Source of the DNA: an uncultured bacterium
Lineage (GTDB): Bacteria > Auribacterota > Erginobacteria > Erginobacterales > Erginobacteraceae
Direction: 5' to 3'
Assembly (NCBI GenBank): GCA_963822585.1
Contig: CAWGIE010000018.1
Coordinates: forward strand, 1-62,163
Length of the DNA: 62,163 bases
The number at the start of each line of letters is the position of its first letter. Position 1 is the stretch's first letter. This document shows, piece by piece, positions 46,902-56,329 of this stretch. The position numbers were made by a program, and so were the translations under genes. The notes below the pieces were generated by a model. The model was not told where the DNA came from. It worked only from the letters and a program-made list of their open reading frames with translations, and ran no database searches.

Positions 46902-48245
46902 TTAATTGGTAAGGAGTTGGACGACGCGGTCGAGGTCGGCGCGGGTGAAGATCTCGGTCACGGCGAAAAGGGCCGCGTTTTCCAGGGTTTCCTCGCCAAG
47001 AAAGGCGCCGACCGCCAGCGGCGGAATAAATCCTCCCTCCAGGAGTCTCTCCCTGACCTCGGCCAGGGGCCGGCGGCTGGAAAGCATGAATTCGTTGAAG
47101 AAAGGATACTCGAAGACACGATCGAAAAATTCCGACGACGCCAGCTTTCCCTCCAGATAATGCGCGGCCCGGGTGTTGAGAAGGGCGGTCTGATAAAGTC
47201 CTTCCGTCCCCAGGAGGGAAAGATACATATCGGAAGCGATGACGTGCAGCCCGTGGTTCGAACAGATGCAGGAGGTTGCCTTTTCTCTCCTGATATCCTG
47301 CTCCCGGGCCCGGGAGGTCATCACAAAAACCCGCCGGCCGTCCCGGTCGGACGTTTCACCCACAATCCTTCCGGGGAGCTGCCGGAGGAACTTTTTTCGC
47401 GCTCCCAGGTAACCGTTATAGGGACCGCCGAAATCGATGTCCATCCCCAGCGATTGGGCCTCCCCGGCAACAATGTCGACGTCCTCCCGGCCGGGAGCTT
47501 TCAGGAGGCCCAGCGAGATGCTCTCCGCGACCACCTGGATGAAGAGAGCGCCCCGGAGATGGGATAGTTCCGCCAGCTCTCCGATGTTCTCTATCCCCCC
47601 GAAAAAATTGGGACTCTGAACGATCACGGCGGCGGTTTCGTCAGTGAGAGCTTCCGTTAAATCCTCGCCGGCGACCAGTCCGTTCCGGCAGGGAATCTCC
47701 ACGAGCTCCGTCCCGTGCGGAGCGCTGTAGGTTTCCACGACCGACCGGTAGTGGGGATGCAGGGTGGACGCGACGAGGATCCGGTTTTTCTTCGTTAAGC
47801 GCAGCGACATCAGGGCCGCTTCCGCGGTGGCCGAGGCCCCGTCATACATCGACGGAATGACGACCTCCATCCCGGTCAGCCGGGCCAGGTATGATTGAAA
47901 TTCGAACATCGCCTGGAGGGTCCCCTGGCTGAGTTCCGGCTGATAGGGGGTGTAGGCGGTATAGAATTCTTCCCGGGAAAGCAGGGCCGGAATCACCCGG
48001 GGCACGTGGTGGCGGTAGGCCCCGGCCCCAAGCAGCGGCTTCATGGCGCCGAAATCGGCATTGAGGCGGGAGAGAGAGAGTATTTTTTCCTGCAGCTCCC
48101 CTTCGGAGAGCGGACCGGGTATCTGGAGTTCACCGGTAAAGCGCACTCCCTCGGGGATCCCGGCAACCAGTTCCTCGAATGAAGAGACACCGATCGCTTC
48201 CAGCATCTCTCGGCGCTGAGCGGGGGTGGCGGCGATGTACCTCAT
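46902..48245 (-). CDS. gcvPA: Glycine dehydrogenase (decarboxylating) subunit 1
   Basis: LGAGAY, TAYTPYQPELSQG, SMYDGASA and REQDIRREKATS motifs. Confidence 0.96.
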   Translation of the reverse strand: MRYIAATPAQRREMLEAIGVSSFEELVAGIPEGVRFTGELQIPGPLSEGELQEKILSLSRLNADFGAMKPLLGAGAYRHHVPRVIPALLSREEFYTAYTPYQPELSQGTLQAMFEFQSYLARLTGMEVVIPSMYDGASATAEAALMSLRLTKKNRILVASTLHPHYRSVVETYSAPHGTELVEIPCRNGLVAGEDLTEALTDETAAVIVQSPNFFGGIENIGELAELSHLRGALFIQVVAESISLGLLKAPGREDVDIVAGEAQSLGMDIDFGGPYNGYLGARKKFLRQLPGRIVGETSDRDGRRVFVMTSRAREQDIRREKATSCICSNHGLHVIASDMYLSLLGTEGLYQTALLNTRAAHYLEGKLASSEFFDRVFEYPFFNEFMLSSRRPLAEVRERLLEGGFIPPLAVGAFLGEETLENAALFAVTEIFTRADLDRVVQLLTN

Positions 48246-48249
48246 GAAT

Positions 48250-48636
48250 TCAGCTCTCTTTCCCGCTCACGTATTCCTGATAGGCGGAAAAGTTCATCAG
48301 ATCCTTGAGAGGCGCCGGATCGGAGATCTCGATCTCCACCAGCCAGCCGGTTCCATAAGGATCCTCGTTTATTTTCTGCGGGCTGTCCTCCAGTTCGACG
48401 TTGACGGCGGTAATCGTACCCGCTACCGGCGTATATACGTCGGAAGTCGCTTTCACGGACTCGAGAGTGACGATACTGTCACCCGGCTGAACCGCCGTTC
48501 CCCCCTCGGGAAGTTCGACGTACACCACGTCGGTCAGCTCTTTCTGGGCGTAATCGGTGATACCCACCCGGGCCGCCGATTTTCCCTGTTCGATCCATTC
48601 GTGTTCCTTGGTAAAGAGAAGTTCTTCCGGGTTCAT
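48250..48636 (-). CDS. gcvH: Glycine cleavage system H protein
   Basis: EHEW, VGITDYAQ, ESVKA lipoyl-Lys and NEDPYGTGW. Confidence 0.96.
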   Translation of the reverse strand: MNPEELLFTKEHEWIEQGKSAARVGITDYAQKELTDVVYVELPEGGTAVQPGDSIVTLESVKATSDVYTPVAGTITAVNVELEDSPQKINEDPYGTGWLVEIEISDPAPLKDLMNFSAYQEYVSGKES

Positions 48637-48680
48637 ATGAATCTCCTTTGATTTTTTATCGCTTCGGCGATAAAAAATAG

Positions 48681-48971
48681 TTACCAGGTCCGGGGGGCTT
48701 GAGCCCGTCGCGTGGCGCGCTGCGGATCGACAAACATCTGGTCGATCCCTTTCTCCTTCATCTGCAGGAAATGCTGCCAGCGCTGGGGGCCGACGATCTT
48801 CTCGATCGTACCGGGTTCCAGTTCCTGGGAAGGGAAGCAGACCCCGACCGAGACGGAACAGGTTTCCAGGCTCTCTTTCCCCTCATCGGTAAGAGTAAGC
48901 TTTACCACGAAAACCCCGTTGATGGTAGGACTTTCCAGTTGATATCCGCCTTCAATGCGTTTCGCTATCAT
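48681..48971 (-). CDS. Hypothetical protein
   Basis: 96-aa ORF with a GGAG RBS, co-oriented upstream of gcvH; no family recognised. Confidence 0.6.
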   Translation of the reverse strand: MIAKRIEGGYQLESPTINGVFVVKLTLTDEGKESLETCSVSVGVCFPSQELEPGTIEKIVGPQRWQHFLQMKEKGIDQMFVDPQRATRRAQAPRTW

Positions 48972-49020
48972 GATGGTTACTCCTCCCCATTACTGAATAC
49001 GGACTTTTAACAGCTTATTG

Positions 49021-49139
49021 ACCACGAAGGACACGAAGTTCACGAAGAGTTTTTCAGGAGAATTAATCGACAATACTTACTTCTCGGCTCCCTTCGTGTT
49101 CGCAGTCTACCCCGAAGCATTCGGGGTGTACTTCGTGGT
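49021..49139. repeat. ACCACGAAG-family inverted element with a nested CCCCG..CGGGG hairpin (49110-49126)
   Basis: ACCACGAAGGACACGAAGTTCACGAAG ... CTTCGTGTTCG[...]TGTACTTCGTGGT. Confidence 0.82.
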
Positions 49140-49151
49140 GATCATTTGTAC

Positions 49152-50618
49152 TTACGCGTATTTCTTCAAAAGGCCGGTCTTGGCGTTGAACTCCTTGATC
49201 AGCTCATCCCATTCCTCAAAGGCGTGAAACTGGCGGGACCAGTATTCCTCGTCGTACCACTGGGCGTTGAGTTCCTCGAGTTCCTTCCCCTGCTGTTCGA
49301 TCCAGGTGAAATACTTGAGGTTGTGCATCCTCTTCTTATCCCAGTAGCTCAGCTCCTTCATCCAGTCGATGGTTTGCGCCTGCAGGGATTTCTCGAAATC
49401 GAGGATAGCGTTCATTTCCTTATAGTCGCCGTGCTCCTCTCTCTCTTCATCAATGCGGGAACCGTACATCTCCACCGAGTCGGTGGCCACCGTCATGATA
49501 ATGGAATCATCGTTCATCTCATAGTACTTGGCCATCTTGATACAACCGAGCAGGTTGGCGATCGACGAGATCCCGAGAAGATTGAGACGGTCCACCACGG
49601 AGGGGTCGATGCCCTTTCTCTTCAGGTAAGCCATCCCCTCCGGTTCGTTGAAGAGGCGAAGCAGTCTCATGCAGTCATCATCATCGATATCGATCACCAT
49701 GTCCATGGTCTTGATATTGTGAATCCAGGGAACATGCTTGTCGCCGATGCCTTCGATCCGGTGACCCCCGTACCCGTTATAGAGCAGGGTGGGACACTGG
49801 AGCGCTTCGGCGGCCGCCACCTTGAGGGCGGGGAATTTCTCTTTCAGGTACTCGGCGCAACCCAGCGTCCCCGCCGATCCCTGGGTCAGGCAGACGCCTC
49901 TCAGCTTCTCTTTCCCCTTCCCTTCCGTCTGGAAAACCTCTTCCATCGCCCGGCCGGTGCAGACGTAGTGCCAGATGGCATTGCCAATCTGGTCGAACTG
50001 GTTCAGGACCACGATCTCATCGGGACGCTTCATCTTCAGTTCATTGGTCTTGTCGTACACCTCCTTGACGTTGCTCTCGCATCCCGGGGTGGCGTAGATC
50101 TCGCAGCCGACTTTTTTCAGCCATTCGAAGCGCTCCCGGGACATCCCTTCCGGGAGGACCGCGATCGAGGGGCAGGCGAGAAGGTAGGCGTCATAGGCCC
50201 CGCCCCGGCAGTAATTCCCGGTCGACGGCCAGAGGGCTTTCTGGCAGGTCGGATCGAATTCGCCTCGGACCAGCTTCTCGACCAACGGGCCGAAGGTGGC
50301 CCCGACTTTATGGGCCCCGGTCGGGAAATACTTCCCCAGCATCAGGAAAATCCTGGCCCGCACCCCGCTGAGTTCATGGGGGATTTCCAGAAAATTCACT
50401 TTGCCGAACCCTCCCCCCTGCTGAACCGGTTCGTTCTTCCAGGTGATGCGGAAGAGGTTGCGGGGGTGCAGATCCCAGAGGCCGATCTCCCGCAGCTCTT
50501 TCCGGATGCCGGCCGGGACCTTGCCGGGATCGTTCATCTGTTCGTAGGTGGGGATAATGATGTCGCGTTCCCGGCATCTCTTGATGGTGTTTTCCAGTAC
50601 CTGTTTCGGGTCTCGCAT
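49152..50618 (-). CDS. Fold-type II PLP-dependent enzyme (cysteine synthase / threonine dehydratase superfamily, uncharacterised long type)
   Basis: FPTGAHKVGA (PLP Lys), PSTGNY, GSAGT and HRIEGIG motifs. Confidence 0.82.
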   Translation of the reverse strand: MRDPKQVLENTIKRCRERDIIIPTYEQMNDPGKVPAGIRKELREIGLWDLHPRNLFRITWKNEPVQQGGGFGKVNFLEIPHELSGVRARIFLMLGKYFPTGAHKVGATFGPLVEKLVRGEFDPTCQKALWPSTGNYCRGGAYDAYLLACPSIAVLPEGMSRERFEWLKKVGCEIYATPGCESNVKEVYDKTNELKMKRPDEIVVLNQFDQIGNAIWHYVCTGRAMEEVFQTEGKGKEKLRGVCLTQGSAGTLGCAEYLKEKFPALKVAAAEALQCPTLLYNGYGGHRIEGIGDKHVPWIHNIKTMDMVIDIDDDDCMRLLRLFNEPEGMAYLKRKGIDPSVVDRLNLLGISSIANLLGCIKMAKYYEMNDDSIIMTVATDSVEMYGSRIDEEREEHGDYKEMNAILDFEKSLQAQTIDWMKELSYWDKKRMHNLKYFTWIEQQGKELEELNAQWYDEEYWSRQFHAFEEWDELIKEFNAKTGLLKKYA

Positions 50619-50885
50619 TGCGGTTTCTCCTTACCGTTATTTCTCGAAAATACGCATGTTAATCAAAAGCGCCCGGCGGGTCAATCCGGTTTTATTAAGG
50701 AGCGCCGAAGGCGCTCCTTAATAGTGGACCCCGATTGATCCAATCGGGGTCTATAGCTTGAACAAAATGATTCCATCTAGGTTATATCACAAAAAGCCTC
50801 TTCTCTATTCCAGCCGATACCTCATTTCTAATAGACAAGTCATTTGTTGGCTAAAGCTATACAACTCTTACTTTTCCAGCCCACT

Positions 50886-50970
50886 CCGAAGTATTAATCG
50901 AGGCGGAAAAAATAAGATTATTGTGCGCCGGAGGCGCACCCCGATGGCCATCGGGGAAATTTCGAAGCAG
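50886..50970. repeat. Dispersed ~85-bp multi-hairpin repeat, copy 2
   Basis: Colinear with 5778-5859, with one hairpin swapped (CCCCGATGGCCATCGGGG versus TCAGCCTCAGGCTGA). Confidence 0.8.
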
Positions 50971-50991
50971 TAAATTAGCTTCACAACTTAT

Positions 50992-51055
50992 TAAATCGCG
51001 GATGTGTTGATTAAGGTAAAATAATCCGCTTAATCCGTTTAATCCGCGGTTTATT
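50992..51055. repeat. Gene-less copy of the GxxExxY-flanking inverted repeat
   Basis: 51022-51055 is 33/34 identical to 46869-46902; a degenerate left arm TAAATCGCGGATGTGTTGATTAA lies at 50992-51014. Confidence 0.85.
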
Positions 51056-51072
51056 GCGCACCAGAGACGGCA

Positions 51073-52086
51073 TCAGTCGGCGGGGGGCGGGAGTTCGTTT
51101 GCCGGGACGCGATAAATCCCGGCCAGGATATCACGGCGGACCTGGTCGATCTCGTCCTTGATATCGAAAGAGATTCGACTCTCGAAACTGTGATAGGGGG
51201 CCAGGTAAGCACCCCCCTTCGCCATCATCGACCATTCCCGGAGATCAAGCGCCCGGTACCGGTCATCCTCCACGTCGGCGATCACCTTCTCCACCGTCGG
51301 CCACATGTCCCAGACCGCTCCCGTGATCACCGTATCCGGGGCCAGCGAATACTGATCCTGGAGATTCCCGAAAGCCGGCACCCGGTTCTCCTGGCAGGCC
51401 TTGATCACGCCGGGAGATCCCGCGAAGACGTAATCGGCGCCGTCCCGGATCAGCAGCTCCGCCTGCCGGGCGGCCGCGGCCGGGGCCGCTCCGACCCCGG
51501 TGAACACGACCGATACCCGCGCTTCCGGATTCGCCTCCCCAACCCCGAGGATGAAAGCGTTCAAAAGGGCGTTGGTCGAAGGCTGCGGACTCTCCGCGAT
51601 GGCGGCGATTTTGCCGGTCCCGGTACGGCCACCGGCAAGCAAGCCGCAGAGATAGGCCGGCTCATAGACCCAGCTGTTGAAAACGGAAAGGTTGGGATCG
51701 GTGGGGCCAAGCGAGGAATTGAAACAGAAGGCCACTTCCGGATAGTCCCGGGCGACGCGGCGGACGAGCTCCTCCGCTCCGCTGGCGTCGCCGAAAATAA
51801 TCGTATATCCCTTTTCCACGTAATCACGCAGGACCCGCGCCATCTCCTCGGAAGAGACATTATCGGTCACATCGCAGACCACGTCTTTCTCGCGCTCGGC
51901 CCGACGGAGCGCGGCATAGATGACCGACGCCCGGATATCATCCCGGGGGGAAGAAAAAACAGCCGCCACCTTCATCTTATCCCCGTAGCCGGAAGAGTGG
52001 CCGCAGCCGGAGAAGAAGATTGCTGACAGCATCAGGACCACGGACGCGACGCTCATACCCGCGTTCTTTTTTTCTTCACAGAACAT
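51073..52086 (-). CDS. BMP-family ABC transporter substrate-binding lipoprotein (nucleoside-type)
   Basis: Lipobox FFSGC; EPAYLCGLLAG, NAFILG..EANPEA and DQYSLAPDTVITG motifs. No permease or ATPase adjacent. Confidence 0.87.
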   Translation of the reverse strand: MFCEEKKNAGMSVASVVLMLSAIFFSGCGHSSGYGDKMKVAAVFSSPRDDIRASVIYAALRRAEREKDVVCDVTDNVSSEEMARVLRDYVEKGYTIIFGDASGAEELVRRVARDYPEVAFCFNSSLGPTDPNLSVFNSWVYEPAYLCGLLAGGRTGTGKIAAIAESPQPSTNALLNAFILGVGEANPEARVSVVFTGVGAAPAAAARQAELLIRDGADYVFAGSPGVIKACQENRVPAFGNLQDQYSLAPDTVITGAVWDMWPTVEKVIADVEDDRYRALDLREWSMMAKGGAYLAPYHSFESRISFDIKDEIDQVRRDILAGIYRVPANELPPPAD

Positions 52087-52162
52087 CTTTTTTCTCTCTT
52101 CCCTTTTGTGTGGGCGTTTATTATACGCAAAAAGTGCGGCTAATTACATTCTGGAGCTATTT

Positions 52163-52214
52163 TGGAGTGCATTGACCGTGTCAATGCATGCAGCGACATG
52201 GTCGCTGCACTCCA
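52163..52214. repeat. REP-like nested hairpin
   Basis: TGGAGTGCA[TTGACCGTGTCAATGCA]TGCAGCGACATGGTCGCTGCACTCCA. Confidence 0.55.
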
Positions 52215-52310
52215 TAAGAATCATAATGTACCCCTATAAAATGGGAGAGAACCAATCTTTTAAATACCTCTTCGAGTAAGGTATCGCAAGAATCGCCCCG
52301 CCGTCAGATT

Positions 52311-53441
52311 TTACGGACGGGCGGCCTGACGGTAAACCTCCAGCGTCCGCCGCGCGGTCTCCTCCCAGGTGAAATGAGCCGCATGCTCCTTCCCCTTCTC
52401 GATCAGGCGGGAGCGCAGCGCGGCGTCACCGAGGCAATTCCGGAAAGAGTCGGTGATGGCTTCCACCGAATAGGGGTCGAACAAGTATGCCGCCTCGCCG
52501 GCCACCTCGGCCAGGGAGGGGAGGTCGGAACAGGCGACGGGAACCCCGTACCGCATGCTCTCCAGAACCGGAAGACCGAACCCCTCCAGGAGTGAAGGGA
52601 AGACGCTCATCGCGGCCCGAGTGTAGATTACCTCTTTGTCCCGCTCGGTGATCCAGCCCGTGAAAAGCGCCTTGCCCCGCAGTTCCAGGCGGTCAAGCAC
52701 TCGTTCCAGCCGATGAAAATAATGATTGTGCTTCACCCCGACGACAACTAATTGATATCGGCTGTCATTCTTCTGAAAGTGATAATAAGCCTCCAGCAGA
52801 CGCCCGAGATTCTTATGGGGATGGGCCGCCGCGATAGAGAGGATATAGGGTTGCTTGACCCCGTACTCTTTGAGAACGCGGTCCCCTTCTTCCTCCGAGG
52901 GGAGGAGGGGCTGATCCTCGCCGCCGCCCATGTAGATCGCCTGGACTTTCCAGAAAGGAACATCAAGCCCCCAGAGTATCTCATCCCGGGAGAAGCGGGA
53001 AAGAGCGATAATGGCCCGGGCTCGGCGGGCCGAATGGTTGACCAGAAAGCGCATCCATTGCCGGGCCAGGAAGGGGAACGTTTCCGGGAAGTCCAGATAG
53101 ATCAGGTCAAGAATCGTAATCACCGAGGGACAGGCGCAGAAGAGGGGGGCGACAAATCCAGGTGAATGGAGAACGTCCAGGCGGCGCTGGCGCGCCCGGT
53201 AGGGAAGCACCAGCTGTTCCCAGGCGATCCGATGCGGGCGGATCAGCGCCCGGACCGGACAGTGATGTTCCCGGAAGTTAGCGCCCATCTCGAAGGTGCC
53301 GCTGTTCTCCCGGTTGGTGAAGACGATGTACTCGTTCTCCCGGTCGATCCGGGCGAGAGCGCCGATCAAACGGCGGAGATAGATCTCGCTCCCCCCCACC
53401 CGGCCGGGGATGAGATATAACGCGTTAATACCTATCCTCAT
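52311..53441 (-). CDS. Glycosyltransferase family 4 (MtfB-like)
   Basis: TILDL, PHKN and PSLLEGFGLPVLESM motifs. Confidence 0.92.
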   Translation of the reverse strand: MRIGINALYLIPGRVGGSEIYLRRLIGALARIDRENEYIVFTNRENSGTFEMGANFREHHCPVRALIRPHRIAWEQLVLPYRARQRRLDVLHSPGFVAPLFCACPSVITILDLIYLDFPETFPFLARQWMRFLVNHSARRARAIIALSRFSRDEILWGLDVPFWKVQAIYMGGGEDQPLLPSEEEGDRVLKEYGVKQPYILSIAAAHPHKNLGRLLEAYYHFQKNDSRYQLVVVGVKHNHYFHRLERVLDRLELRGKALFTGWITERDKEVIYTRAAMSVFPSLLEGFGLPVLESMRYGVPVACSDLPSLAEVAGEAAYLFDPYSVEAITDSFRNCLGDAALRSRLIEKGKEHAAHFTWEETARRTLEVYRQAARP

Positions 53442-53606
53442 TAATTTTTTCCTTTGGAAAAAATTAGTTTTGAACCATGCCCACGATGATAACCATGGCT
53501 ACAGTTAAACATATTTATTTCATTTATAATCTTTAGGAACTTCTTTTATCTATACCTTATTTGAAAAGGTATTTTGAAGATTTCATATAGGACAACGAAG
53601 TAATTT

Positions 53607-53731
53607 ACCACGAAGATCACGAAGGACACGAAGAATAGTTGAGAAATAAACAAAATGTAGCTCTTTTTTTATAAAACTTCGTGCCCTTTCTCCGCCCCGT
53701 AGGGCAACCGTACGGGGGTGTCCTTCGTGGT
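53607..53731. repeat. ACCACGAAG-family inverted element with a nested hairpin (53687-53718)
   Basis: ACCACGAAGATCACGAAGGACACGAAG ... CTTCGTGCCC[TTTCTCCGCCCCG..CGGGG]GTGTCCTTCGTGGT. Confidence 0.82.
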
Positions 53732-53775
53732 TTTAATTAGTTTTTCAATGGGAAACGTTTTGGAACAGGGTATGG

Positions 53776-54834
53776 CTATTCTTTTAACGCCAGCTCCCGG
53801 GCGGAGAGACGGAACCTTTTAAACCAGGTGTAAAATTCACGGTCGCTGACTTTTTTCCGGCGTCTGATCTCCCGGCGCTTTCTCCACATCCCGGCCGCTC
53901 CCTTAAGCGCGGCCAGGTGGGCCTTGATCAAGATACCCGCGAGGGTGAAAGGCGAATAGTGCCGGGCGAAGGCCCCGGCGGCGCCTTTCCCGGCCAAAAC
54001 CCCGTAAGCCTGCAGCAGGAGACGCCACGCGGCGAAAATCGGCGCCAGCAGCAACGCTCCGGGCGGGAAGTATTTGATCGTCAGCCAGATGCGGTTCCGC
54101 TCGACCAGGAAAGCCTTCAGGGGTGAATAGGCCCCGGTGGTCGCCGAGTATTTATGGTAAACCACCGCCGAAGGAACGAAGAGAACTTTCCATCCCGCCA
54201 GCCGTATCCGCAGGGAAAGCTCGGCATCGTCGCCGTAGATAAAAAAATCCTCGTCGAACAACCCTACCTCGGAGAGAGCTTCCTGCCGAACCAGGAAGGC
54301 GCAGCCGCTGGGGGAGAGTATCTCCTCTTCCCGGTCGTACTGGCCCCTGGCCTCTTCCAGTCGTCCGCGGCCGCGGAAGGTGCCGTCGCGGTAGAAGAGG
54401 TGTCCGACGTTATCGATAATCTCCGGCCGGTAGTAGGAAAGAATCTTGCCGGCCGCCATCCCGTACTCCGGGCGACGGCGCAGGGCGCCGACCATCTCCG
54501 CCAGCCATTCCGGGTCCGCCCGGGTATCGTCATTGAGAAGGGCGATGTACTTCCCCCGGGCCGCCCGGAGACCGGCGTTGTTGCCCCCGGTATACCCGAT
54601 GTTGGCGGGCAATTCGATCATTCTCACGGTTTCGCCGAACCGCTGCCGGACAAAATCGGCCGTGCCGTCCGTGGAGCCGTTCACGACCAGGATGATTTCC
54701 CGATCGGGATACGTCTGGCTCTGGAGCGAGCCGAGACATTCCTCCAGGTGCTCCCGTCCGTTACAGGTCAGGACAATTATCGAGGCAAGTTCCATCTCCT
54801 GATTCCGGTCCGGCGATCGGGTTATTTCCTCCAA
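53776..54834 (-). CDS. Glycosyltransferase family 2
   Basis: NGSTDG, NIGYTGGNN, LLNDD and FDEDFFIYGDD motifs. Confidence 0.92.
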   Translation of the reverse strand: MEEITRSPDRNQEMELASIIVLTCNGREHLEECLGSLQSQTYPDREIILVVNGSTDGTADFVRQRFGETVRMIELPANIGYTGGNNAGLRAARGKYIALLNDDTRADPEWLAEMVGALRRRPEYGMAAGKILSYYRPEIIDNVGHLFYRDGTFRGRGRLEEARGQYDREEEILSPSGCAFLVRQEALSEVGLFDEDFFIYGDDAELSLRIRLAGWKVLFVPSAVVYHKYSATTGAYSPLKAFLVERNRIWLTIKYFPPGALLLAPIFAAWRLLLQAYGVLAGKGAAGAFARHYSPFTLAGILIKAHLAALKGAAGMWRKRREIRRRKKVSDREFYTWFKRFRLSARELALKE

Positions 54835-54892
54835 ACGACATTATACACCGCCAACCGCCGCTATCCAGTATTATCGGTCCATCACCCGCTCT

Positions 54893-55590
54893 TCAGCCCT
54901 GATCCGGGAGACCGATCGCGGCGGGGGAGCTCATCTCCCCGCCGTCTGAAGTAACCGCCGCCAGATATGCCTCGCGGCGTCCGCGTACAGCCCCCAGTCC
55001 CACCGCCGGGGGAGAATAACGCTGGTTCAGCGATTTCCCGAGAGCCGGCGATAGAGCAGCAGCCGGACGATGAAGGCGCACAGGCAGGAAACGGTCGACG
55101 CGGCGGCGAAGCAGAGAGGAGACGCCGCTCTGAAGATCTCCCGGGCGCAGAACTAGACGCCGGCGATCGTGAGCAGAGAGAAAAACAGCGAGAGGACCCG
55201 CAAACGGTAGAGGCGCCCTTCCCGGGGGAGTTGGGGAGAGCTTTTCAGGACCCGGGAGGCTATCCAGTAGTAAAGCGGGGGATTTTTCCCGATCTGGCTG
55301 GGTGCCGCCGCCAGAAACGGCGTCTCCCGGAAAATAGTCGGGAGCACCGGGGGCCTTTCCACTCCGACATACCCCCAGTAGCCGTGACGGTCGAGCGAAG
55401 AGATGATTTTCTCCTGGAGCTCCGGGGACGGGAGAGGGATTCCAGGCGGGGGCGCCGTCAGCCAGGACCTGGGCGTATTCAAAATGGGTCGGCGCGTCGG
55501 GTGACTGCCAGGGGGAATAATAATAATAGAGGCGATCCCCACCGCGAGAGCCGCCAGGAGTATCGCCGAAAGCGTTGCCACGGGTCTCAA
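54893..55590 (-). pseudogene. Degraded DUF2142/GT-C-like membrane protein gene
   Basis: A shifted frame reads IPPWQSPDAPTHFEYAQVL, followed by NPPLYY and LYRLRVLS. There is an in-frame TAG at 55153-55155 with hydrophobic coding continuing beyond it, a further stop, and the gene is much shorter than such proteins usually are. The 3' end is approximate. Confidence 0.62.
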
Positions 55591-55621
55591 TTTCCCCTCC
55601 CTCCCCGGGATGGAATGACTT

Positions 55622-56329
55622 TCACGACAGCAATGACTTCAAGGCGTATTTGAAATAATCCCAGAGGACTTCGGGCGTATAATTGAACTTGGAACTTCCT
55701 ACCGCCCGGCCGGTCAGAACAAAGGGAATTTCGGAAAACTTATCCGTAAACCGGCGGGCCTGGTAGATCTCCTCAATCAGAATCGGGAATCCGTCTTCCT
55801 TCAGTTCCAGACGTTCGATGATGTTCCCCCGGATCGCCCGGAAGCCCTGGGTGTAATCGGTCAAGCCGAGGCGGAAGCAGATCCGGAAAATCATTCGCCC
55901 GGCCACGGAGAAGCATTTTCGCCAGGAGGGAACCCCCTCCATCCCTCCCCCTTCCAGAAAACGGGAACCGATCACGAAATCATAACCGCCTGCCATCTTG
56001 TCATAAAAGTGCCGGATGTATCCCGGATGCATGGTGAAGTCCGCGTCCATGAAAACGGCAAAATCATAACCTCCGGCGACCGCCTCCCGCATGGCGGTCC
56101 GAAGCGCGGCCCCGAAACCGGCGTTCCGCTCGTGCCGGCGAACGACGATATTGGGGTGCTCCCGGCCGGCCTGCTCGATCTCAGCCTCCGTATTATCCAC
56201 CGACCCGTCGTCCACCATGATAATATCCGCCCGGTAGCCGTTTTCTCTCAGGGCCCTGTTGACCTCGCGGACAATCCCGGTGACGTTTCCCTCTTCATTG
56301 TGCAGGGGGATGATGACGCAAAATTTCAT
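55622..56329 (-). CDS. GT2 polyprenol-phosphate glycosyltransferase (DPM1-like)
   Basis: IIPLHNE, VDDGSVD, MDADF, VIGSRF and TDYTQGFRA motifs. Confidence 0.88.
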   Translation of the reverse strand: MKFCVIIPLHNEEGNVTGIVREVNRALRENGYRADIIMVDDGSVDNTEAEIEQAGREHPNIVVRRHERNAGFGAALRTAMREAVAGGYDFAVFMDADFTMHPGYIRHFYDKMAGGYDFVIGSRFLEGGGMEGVPSWRKCFSVAGRMIFRICFRLGLTDYTQGFRAIRGNIIERLELKEDGFPILIEEIYQARRFTDKFSEIPFVLTGRAVGSSKFNYTPEVLWDYFKYALKSLLS

